From Candidatus Calditenuis fumarioli (GTDB lineage: Archaea > Thermoproteota > Nitrososphaeria_A > Caldarchaeales > Calditenuaceae): 64,000 nt of DNA. Both the position numbers and the translations under genes were made by a program. The notes beneath the pieces are model-generated. The model had not been told where the DNA came from and did not search any database. It was given only the letters and a program-made list of their open reading frames with translations. Where the stretch lies: NCBI GenBank assembly GCA_030059665.1, contig JANVYR010000001.1:480001-544000 (forward strand). Direction: 5' to 3'. Each line of letters opens with the position of its first letter. Within the stretch, counting starts at the first letter, position 1. Below are positions 9,839 through 16,851 of this stretch, one piece after another.

Positions 9839-10104
9839 GCTACTTCATCCATGGGTAGCCTCCAAGCCTCTGTCGTGTTGCGGAACCGGTCAACAGCAGC
9901 TTCACAACGTCTTTGTGGACTTCAAGGCCACCGACCGAATTGCTTGTACCATGTCCCGAGCTGACTTTGGAATTAGGCCTGTCCCCACATCGCATCGGTA
10001 CCGACGGGTCGACGGAAAGGGGCGTCGCCATGGTATCCGCAAATTTCCAATCGCCCCCGCTTCGGTCTTCAAGCGCTCGTTAGTGCGAGGTTAGTGATGT
10101 CAAA

Positions 10105-10330
10105 AGGCAACTAAGGTAATACCATTTTTCAGCAACTGATAAGTGCTCTGAATTGAGTTGATATTGAGATTCAATTTTTCGCGCAACGAGCAGCATATAT
10201 AAATCATCTATATGAAATTTTCTGAAGACTACCCCCATCATCTTAAAATAGAGGTCAAAAGATTCATCCGTGCGAAGGGGTGGCGCGGCGGGAAGTCGCG
10301 CAGAGCCCGAAAATCCCGGAATCGGGAACG
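10105..10330 (+). promoter_or_regulatory. CRISPR leader (copy 1)
   Basis: AT-rich, TATA-like ATATATAAA, ends flush with repeat 1; near-identical copy at 54724-54949. Confidence 0.9.
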
Positions 10331-10634
10331 GTGATCCCGAGAGAGGGAGTTGAAAGCTGCTACCGGGATCGGCACGTCAATCTCCTCTACCCATGCCCAC
10401 GTGATCCCGAGAGAGGGAGTTGAAAGGACGCGGAGCAGAAGATCAGAAGTGGTGCGGTCAAGAAAGTATGTGATCCCGAGAGAGGGAGTTGAAAGGATAT
10501 CATTCGTGGCCATGGCCCAGATCCTTAACCTGTCCCGGGTTCTTGTGATCCCGAGAGAGGGAGTTGAAAGCGTCAGTCTGGAGGTGTCAAAAAATACGTT
10601 ACCAAAAAGTGATCCCGAGAGAGGGAGTTGAAAG
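10331..10634 (+). CRISPR. CRISPR array: 5 identical 26-bp repeats GTGATCCCGAGAGAGGGAGTTGAAAG, 4 spacers (44, 43, 49, 38 bp)
   Basis: Repeats start at 10331, 10401, 10470, 10545, 10609; TCCC/GGGA stem followed by 8-nt GTTGAAAG handle. Confidence 0.97.
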
Positions 10635-10723
10635 TCATGGGTGGCGGCCGCGTCATCCACAGCGCTCGCTGAGTCGAACGGGCCCGTTGCATCCGTAAAT
10701 ACTCGGACCGCAGGCCAGATCCG

Positions 10724-10885
10724 ATGAGCCCGCAGGATTCCGACCTCCGTTCGAGGGTCGAGAGGCTCGAGGCGGAGTTGTCCAGGTTAGCATCGAGGAT
10801 GGAGCGGATCGAGTCCGAGCTCAGGGAGGTGAGGCTCGAGCTGGAGGACCTCATCTCGAAGGTCGAGGAGCTGGAGCGGAGATGA
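10724..10885 (+). CDS. 53-aa coiled-coil (leucine zipper-like) protein, not in the ORF track
   Basis: MSPQDSDLRSRVERLEAELSRLASRMERIESELREVRLELEDLISKVEELERR; stop overlaps next ATG (ATGA). Confidence 0.7.
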   Translation: MSPQDSDLRSRVERLEAELSRLASRMERIESELREVRLELEDLISKVEELERR

Positions 10886-11787
10886 GCCGCGCCAGCGAGG
10901 CCTACGACATCGAAACCGATGCGATGTTCTTCTGCGACGACGAGCACTTCGACCACAGGGTCTACAGGGAGCTCGCGAAAAGGGAGAGGAACGGACAGCG
11001 AAGGGAGCTGCTCGAGCGTTTGGCGGAGATGGAGCGGAGGCACTACGAGTTCTGGCAGTCACTTGTCCCCTCCCACAGGCCGAAATCCAGGTCGCTCAGG
11101 TTCAGAACGATACTCCTGTTACGGGCCCTGCTGGGGTTGACGTTCGTGACGAAGCTCCTCGAGCGACACGAGTCCGAGGTCGTGAGGAGGTACAGGAGCG
11201 TGCTGGATAAGGTCGACGGTCAGGTCCGGGAGAAGGTCGAGGAGTTCCTGAGGGACGAGGAGGAGCACGAGAGGGCGCTGCTCTCGCAGATCGATGAGCC
11301 GCTGCTCAGGTACATCGGCTTCGTAGCTCTCGGCCTCTCCGACTCGATGATCGAGGTCACAGGCGTCCATGCCGGGTTCCTCGGCGTCACGGCGTCCACC
11401 GTTGTCGCTGGAGTCGCCGGCCTCATCGTCGGCTTCGCGGCTTCGATCTCGATGGGCGTCGCTGCCTACCTCAAGGCGAAGAGCGAGCTCAGGCAGAACC
11501 CAATTGCCTCCGGCCTCGTAACGGGCCTCGTTTACCTGCTCTCGACCGTTCTCCTCGCGCTGCCCTACTTCGCCACGCACGACATGCTCCTGGCCTTCTC
11601 GAGCTCCGTTGCGCTGGCGATCGCGATGGCGTCCTTCTTCACCTTCTACGTCGCGGTCGTCAACGACTCCAGCTTCGGGAGGGAGGTGCTGGAGAACGTG
11701 GCCCTGATAATGGGCACGGCGGCTGCGACCTTCTTCTTCGGCGAGTTCCTCGGCAACCTCTTCGGCATCCACGGATACTTCAGGTGA
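10882..11787 (+). CDS. Rubrerythrin/ferritin-like domain fused to VIT1/CCC1 membrane domain (MbfA-like iron exporter)
   Basis: EMERRH and EEEHE diiron-type motifs; LGLSDSMIEVTG...AASISMGVAAYL VIT1 signature. Confidence 0.85.
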   Translation: MSRASEAYDIETDAMFFCDDEHFDHRVYRELAKRERNGQRRELLERLAEMERRHYEFWQSLVPSHRPKSRSLRFRTILLLRALLGLTFVTKLLERHESEVVRRYRSVLDKVDGQVREKVEEFLRDEEEHERALLSQIDEPLLRYIGFVALGLSDSMIEVTGVHAGFLGVTASTVVAGVAGLIVGFAASISMGVAAYLKAKSELRQNPIASGLVTGLVYLLSTVLLALPYFATHDMLLAFSSSVALAIAMASFFTFYVAVVNDSSFGREVLENVALIMGTAAATFFFGEFLGNLFGIHGYFR

Positions 11788-13255
11788 GGCCGAGTCTTTC
11801 GTTGGCTTCTTTCAGCTCCCGGAGCAGCTGCGCCCGCCACCTCGGGAAGTCTGCGCTCCTCTCCGGGTAGTTCAGGTAGTGTTTGATCAGCCTCCTGCTC
11901 TTGTTGGCGACGTAGGCCAGGGACCTGGCGAGCTTCGGCCTCTCCCTCACCCTCCTCCTCAGCTCAGCGTCCAGCAGCACCCTCAGGAAGTTCGTCAGCA
12001 GCGGGAACCTCGGGTGCTCCCGGCGCTTGATGCTCTCGATGTCGTCCTCGCTCAGGAAGTGCTTCATCCCGAAGGAGATGTCGTCGTTCGGCAGCGTCTG
12101 CAGGTACCTCCTCAGCACCTCGAACCCAGCCATCTGGTAACCGTAAACCCTCACGTACTCGACGTTGTAACCCCACAGACCGTCTTGGCTAACGTCGTTC
12201 TCCTCGATGGCCCTCACCACGTTCCTCCCGAGGATCACCGAGCCGTAAAGGGATGGACCGAGCCCACCGGCGTCGATCGGCCTCGGCATCCACGCGGCGT
12301 CGCCGACGACGACGTACCCGTTCGCGACCATGCAGTCGTTCTGCCTCCTGACGGGGACCTGCCATGTGCTGTAGGTGTTCCCCTGGTCCGGGTAACCCTC
12401 GGGCTCCCTCGGGTTCACGATCGCCCTGTTGGCCCTGACGTACTGGTCTATCAGCGAGGTCAGGTTGTCCCTCAGCCCGTATGCGGCGTTCCTCCGGTCC
12501 AGCGCGGTCTTCTGGACGCCGAGGCCTATGTTCACCTTGCTCTCCCCTTTTGGGAAGGTCCAGCAGTACCCGCCCGGCGCTAGAAACTGGTCGAGGTGGA
12601 TGATGCAGTACCTCGGGTCGAACCAGGTCTCGTCCTCCACGACCCTGTCGAACTCCAAGATGTACCTGCCCGTCGCCTCCATGTCGTTCTCCTTGTCGAT
12701 CTCCCTCTCCACGTAGCTCTCTATCGGGAGGTTCGACCTCAGGACGGAGGCCGAGCCCGAGGCGTCCACGACGACCTTCGCCCTCACCTCGACCGGTTCG
12801 CCGTCCCTGCTGGTCCCCTTGACGCCGACGATCCTGTTGTCCTCCGCGATGAGCTGCCTCGCGTCAACCCCGAAGAGAACCTCCACCCCGAACTTCTCCA
12901 GGTACTGGAGCTGCTTCTGAGGCCAGAGCTTCCTGTTCAGGAGGTACCCCTCTCCGTCGAAGAGGACCTTCGTCTCGTGGTCCGGCGATATCACGAGGAC
13001 CCCGTCGACCTCGTGCTCGATCTCCGGCCGCTCGTACATGATCCCCAGGTTCTCCATGACGAACTCGAGGCTCCTCTTGCTCACCGCGTCGCCGCACGTC
13101 CATCCCCTTCTGGTCTTCTTCCCGAACTCCGACCGCTCGTTCCTGTCGATCAGGACCACCCTAATGTTCTGCTTTGAGAACCTCGCGACCGCCATCGCGG
13201 TGTGCGATCCCGCTGGACCTCCTCCGACCACGACGACGTCGCAGTCGATCCGCAT
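11780..13255 (-). CDS. Geranylgeranyl reductase-family FAD oxidoreductase
   Basis: VVGGGPAGS, CGDAV, VVDASG, GYCWTFPKG, VVGDAAWMPRPIDAGG. Confidence 0.88.
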   Translation of the reverse strand: MRIDCDVVVVGGGPAGSHTAMAVARFSKQNIRVVLIDRNERSEFGKKTRRGWTCGDAVSKRSLEFVMENLGIMYERPEIEHEVDGVLVISPDHETKVLFDGEGYLLNRKLWPQKQLQYLEKFGVEVLFGVDARQLIAEDNRIVGVKGTSRDGEPVEVRAKVVVDASGSASVLRSNLPIESYVEREIDKENDMEATGRYILEFDRVVEDETWFDPRYCIIHLDQFLAPGGYCWTFPKGESKVNIGLGVQKTALDRRNAAYGLRDNLTSLIDQYVRANRAIVNPREPEGYPDQGNTYSTWQVPVRRQNDCMVANGYVVVGDAAWMPRPIDAGGLGPSLYGSVILGRNVVRAIEENDVSQDGLWGYNVEYVRVYGYQMAGFEVLRRYLQTLPNDDISFGMKHFLSEDDIESIKRREHPRFPLLTNFLRVLLDAELRRRVRERPKLARSLAYVANKSRRLIKHYLNYPERSADFPRWRAQLLRELKEANERLGLT

Positions 13256-13500
13256 CGTTCGCCCCTCGTCCTCGCATGGGAAATAACTTTTCCTCGATGC
13301 ATGGGTGAGCGCGCTGCTATTCGTGCCTTCGTGAGAACAGAGGTAGATTCAGAAGGCGTACGTGCAATCCGATCGAGAACGCTGTCCGTGTCTGGAACGC
13401 GCGGTCTGGATGCCGACGACGTTTCCCTCGAACCTCACGCCAAGTTGATATCGAGGACCGAGGCACTCCTGTTGCCGGCGGACCGTCCACCTCGGCGGTA

Positions 13501-13574
13501 GGGCCCGTAGCTCAGCCAGGTAGAGCGGCCGGCTCTTAACCGGTAGGTCGCGGGTTCGAATCCCGCCGGGCCCG
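13501..13574 (+). tRNA. tRNA-Lys(CTT)
   Basis: Acceptor GGGCCCG/CGGGCCC, arm GCCGG-CT-CTT-AA-CCGGT, GTTCGAAT. Confidence 0.95.
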
Positions 13575-13630
13575 CAATTATACCTGACTAAAGGACGGAT
13601 TGACGCGTTCGAGCCCGCCAACTAGAACCA

Positions 13631-13720
13631 ACGTGTGTCGCACAGGGAGTTGAAAGTTCTCATCGACGCCCGTCGTGACTGCCTGACCAAGAATTCGGTA
13701 TCTCGGAAACGGATTGAAAC
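13631..13720 (+). CRISPR. Degenerate mini-array: pseudo-repeat 1 (13631-13656), 41-bp spacer-like segment (13657-13697), pseudo-repeat 2 (13698-13720)
   Basis: Pseudo-repeat 1 ends in AGGGAGTTGAAAG (13 nt identical to the array repeat 3' end); pseudo-repeat 2 GTATCTCGGAAACGGATTGAAAC aligns to the repeat at 19 positions with 3 gaps; spacing matches array spacer lengths. Confidence 0.7.
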
Positions 13721-13810
13721 TTGGGGAACGGCAGCGTGTGTTTCGACAGGCAGACTGGTTCGACCGGTATACTCCGATATGAGCTGTTGAGGGAATCACC
13801 AGATCCTATT

Positions 13811-14302
13811 ATGAAATTGATGGCTAAACGACAAAAACCGCATCCCCTCACTGTCAACGGTTATCTATTGGATGGGAAATTCTTTGATGCCGTGACTCAG
13901 GTGAGACCTGGGTCTGGAGGCCCCACTCTGGACGTGGACGAAACTATGCTGGATTATGCGGTAAGGATCGGCACAACCGCGCAAATTAGAGGGATCAAAG
14001 GTCATCAAATGGAGCAGCTGATGGTTTCGCTCGACTCGATCCCAGACAAAAGACTAGCTCTGCTCGTCACCGCGATCTTTGCCATGAGGCAGGCGGAGAG
14101 GAAGCAATTCAACGCAGAAGCCGCTAGGATAGTGTCGGAGGCGATGAAATACCTGTACGAGACCAATAGGGACGTTGATTCAGCGAGGGTGCTCCTCGGC
14201 TTAGCCAAGTGGGTGTACGAGGCGTCAGAGGGCCTTCAACTGAACAGGCCCGTAGGATCCGCCAAGGAATTCGTGAACCTTCTCACGGGGACGAGGCGTT
14301 GA
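13811..14302 (+). CDS. Type III small subunit (Cas11/Csm2-like)
   Basis: All-helical small protein (LLVTAIFAMRQAERKQF...ARVLLGLAKWVYEA), first gene of the RAMP/Cas10 operon; start uncertain (13811 or 13820). Confidence 0.65.
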   Translation: MKLMAKRQKPHPLTVNGYLLDGKFFDAVTQVRPGSGGPTLDVDETMLDYAVRIGTTAQIRGIKGHQMEQLMVSLDSIPDKRLALLVTAIFAMRQAERKQFNAEAARIVSEAMKYLYETNRDVDSARVLLGLAKWVYEASEGLQLNRPVGSAKEFVNLLTGTRR

Positions 14303-15021
14303 CGACCAACCTACGGCCTGAGGAGGTGCTCGACCTCGACGTGCTGAAGAGGCTGACGGTCATCAGGGGAAGGCTCAGGAACGAGACGCCGCTCAGGGTA
14401 GGGATTGGTCGCGAAGGTAGGCTCGGGTCGACGTCGGACATAACCGTCATTAGAACCAAAAGTCTGTGGGGCGAGGAGGTCCCCTACATACCAGGGTCGA
14501 GCCTGAAGGGGGTCTTCAGGTCCTTCGTCGAGCAGCTCGCGAGGTCCGGGGGTTTGCAGGTTCACGACCCATGGGACTTCGAAGCGATGGAGCGGGAGGA
14601 GCGCGGGGGCTTCTGCGTCGTCTGTGCGCTGTTCGGCAGCACAAGAGTCGCCTCGCACGTCAGGATCTACGACGCCTTTCCGCCGGAGGGCAAAGTGCCA
14701 ACTATCGTTTACAAGACCGGCGTGGGCATAGACAGAGACTTCCTCGGTGCCAAGCCGAACATCCTATACACGGAGGAGTTCGTGGAGCCGGGTAACGAAT
14801 GGGAGTTCAGGATGGACGTGATCAACGTTCCCTTCCCTGACGGCGAAGATCCGCGGACGAGGTACCTGAAGGAGCTCCTAGACTCTCTGAAAACGATGGG
14901 GCTCCAGGTTGGTGCCAGGAAGAGCGTCGGAATGGGCCTGGTCAAACTGGTCGGGGGTACCTACGAAGTGTACGCGGTCGAGGGAGGGTCCGTCAGTAAG
15001 GTCTCGGAGGGGACGATCTGA
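14299..15021 (+). CDS. csm3: Cas7-group RAMP (Csm3-like)
   Basis: ETPLRVGIG, PYIPGSSLKGVFRS, CVVCALFG, G-rich loop GARKSVGMG; TTG start overlaps upstream stop. Confidence 0.88.
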   Translation: MTTNLRPEEVLDLDVLKRLTVIRGRLRNETPLRVGIGREGRLGSTSDITVIRTKSLWGEEVPYIPGSSLKGVFRSFVEQLARSGGLQVHDPWDFEAMEREERGGFCVVCALFGSTRVASHVRIYDAFPPEGKVPTIVYKTGVGIDRDFLGAKPNILYTEEFVEPGNEWEFRMDVINVPFPDGEDPRTRYLKELLDSLKTMGLQVGARKSVGMGLVKLVGGTYEVYAVEGGSVSKVSEGTI

Positions 15022-15022
15022 G

Positions 15023-15916
15023 TTGAACGTCTACTGGACATCAGGAAGGCTGCTTCTGCGCGAGGTCGTCTTCGAGGCCGAGATGGTCAACACGGCCCCG
15101 CTCAGGGTCGGCGTCGGAAGAACTGCACCCCTCAAAGCACCCGTTGACCTCGCGGTCATCCGGATCAGACGAAACGGAAATGCTGAGGAGCCCTACGTCC
15201 CAGGATCTTCGCTCAAGGGGGTCTTCAGGACCAACGCCGAATTACTACTTCGCTTCAAGCGTCCCCGCGTCGCGCCCTGCAGCGGCCTCTCTAAGAACAC
15301 ATGCATGAACGTCAAGACCATAGGCGACAAGAAATTAATGGACGCGGTACAGGATTTGCAGCAAGAGGGGAAGAGCGAGGATGCGATGAAGCTCTTCTTC
15401 GAGAACGCCTGCCTACTCTGCAAGGTCTTCGGTGCTCCCTCCTACGCGGGCAGGGTCGTCTTCCAAGACGCTTATGTCAAGGGCCCCTTCAGGCTGGGGT
15501 TCCGGACGGGCATCGCGATAGACCGGAGGACGGGTGCCGTCTTCGAAAGACAGCTCTACCAAGTGGAGTACGTCGAGCCAGGTGCCAGGTTCGGGCTCGT
15601 AGTCTCGGCGAGGAACCTCCCGAACTACGCCATAGGCCTGCTGGCGAGGGTGCTTTTCATGCTGCACCAGGGCGAGATCCGGATCGGCGGCTTCAAGACG
15701 AGGGGCTTCGGCACCGTCAGGCTGGAGAGCCCCATCTTGAGGGTGAAGAACTACGCCGGCGGACAGGACCTCGAGCCGCTGGAGGACGTCGACGCTCCCG
15801 TGAGGCTGGGCGACATCTTCTCGGTAGAGGACGGACAGCACGTCGCCCGCGGTGACCGGGCGTGGGAGGCCCTCCGGAGGTTCGCGGAGGTGTGGGACGC
15901 TGTCAAGCTCAGTTAG
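15023..15916 (+). CDS. csm3: Cas7-group RAMP (Csm3-like)
   Basis: TAPLRVGVG, PYVPGSSLKGVFR, CLLCKVFG, IGGFKTRGFG; TTG start at 15023 chosen. Confidence 0.88.
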   Translation: MNVYWTSGRLLLREVVFEAEMVNTAPLRVGVGRTAPLKAPVDLAVIRIRRNGNAEEPYVPGSSLKGVFRTNAELLLRFKRPRVAPCSGLSKNTCMNVKTIGDKKLMDAVQDLQQEGKSEDAMKLFFENACLLCKVFGAPSYAGRVVFQDAYVKGPFRLGFRTGIAIDRRTGAVFERQLYQVEYVEPGARFGLVVSARNLPNYAIGLLARVLFMLHQGEIRIGGFKTRGFGTVRLESPILRVKNYAGGQDLEPLEDVDAPVRLGDIFSVEDGQHVARGDRAWEALRRFAEVWDAVKLS

Positions 15917-15917
15917 A

Positions 15918-16850
15918 ATGATGGTCAGAAGGGATAGGCCGCGGGACAGGAGCCAGCTTTCTGGCGTACGGGGACTCCTCCGAATGAGGATCAGGACGGA
16001 GGGCTACCTCCACGTCGGAAGCGGGCTAGAGCGGCTTGAGATCCCTCCCGCGGACAGGTTGAAGGAAGAGCTGAGGAGGTACGGATGGAACGCTGCGGTC
16101 GAGCGATTGTCCCGTGAGATCTCGAGGGGCTTCATGGAGATGGTCCTCGTGAACGGGAGGCCGTGCGTTCCTGGCTCGAGCGTGAAGGGGAACGTCAGGT
16201 CCCGGATAGAGCTCAGCATCGTTGCGAGGAACGGCGCGGTCAGGTCCTGCTACGTCAGGGCGTCGCCACCGCAGCTCGCGTCTGACAGGAGGGCGTGGCG
16301 TCACAGGGCGATCTGGGGCAATGAGGTGCTGAGGGAGGACAGGGGACCACCATGCGACCTGACGAGAGGGAGCAGCGTCTGCCTGGTATGTGACCTCTTC
16401 GGAACCGCAGGGTTGAAGGGGCTGATCGAGTTCGGCGACTTCGTCGGCGAGGACGTCGAGCTGGAACCCGTCGAGGGACAGTTCGGGCTGAAGCTCATGG
16501 CCGCCAAACCGGGCTCTCAGTTCATCGGGAACGTGTCGTTCACCAACCTCAGGCCCTGGGAGCTGGGCTTGCTTCTCTTCGGCATGGGCATCAGGAACGG
16601 GCCTGTGGGCGAGCAGGTCCTTCTTGGTCGGCTCAAGTACGTCGGCGCAATCGGAAACAGGCCCATCGGCAGGGTGAGGTACGTACTCGACGCCATCGAG
16701 CTCTCGCAGTACTCGGAACCGCTCTTCGACCTGAAACCCGGTCAGGTGCGGAGCGGCGAGAGCCTGAGCGGTGTCATCGTGAAACTGATGGAGGAGCTGA
16801 GGAAAGAGATGGGAGAGGAGCTGAGGTGGTCTGTGAAGGAGGTCAGGTGA
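15918..16850 (+). CDS. Cas7-group RAMP
   Basis: EGYLHVGSG, PCVPGSSVKGNVRS, CLVCDLFG, LLGRLKY. Confidence 0.85.
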   Translation: MMVRRDRPRDRSQLSGVRGLLRMRIRTEGYLHVGSGLERLEIPPADRLKEELRRYGWNAAVERLSREISRGFMEMVLVNGRPCVPGSSVKGNVRSRIELSIVARNGAVRSCYVRASPPQLASDRRAWRHRAIWGNEVLREDRGPPCDLTRGSSVCLVCDLFGTAGLKGLIEFGDFVGEDVELEPVEGQFGLKLMAAKPGSQFIGNVSFTNLRPWELGLLLFGMGIRNGPVGEQVLLGRLKYVGAIGNRPIGRVRYVLDAIELSQYSEPLFDLKPGQVRSGESLSGVIVKLMEELRKEMGEELRWSVKEVR

Positions 16851-16851
16851 G

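Noticed and set aside
10357-10608. Self-targeting of array spacers within the window
   Set aside because: No matches seen by eye; needs a computed search to exclude
10238-10660. ORFs running through the CRISPR array (10238-10660 minus, 10350-10631 plus)
   Set aside because: Their periodic LSTPSLGIT/VIPREGVE motifs are just translated repeats
13747-13753. CAGGCAG downstream of the mini-array, complementary to CTGCCTG in its spacer (possible cas 5' UTR target)
   Set aside because: Only 7 contiguous pairs with poor extension; expected by chance
13721-13810. N-terminal extension of the Cas11-like ORF from TTG 13721
   Set aside because: Starts flush with pseudo-repeat 2 and reads as non-coding; downstream ATGs are more plausible
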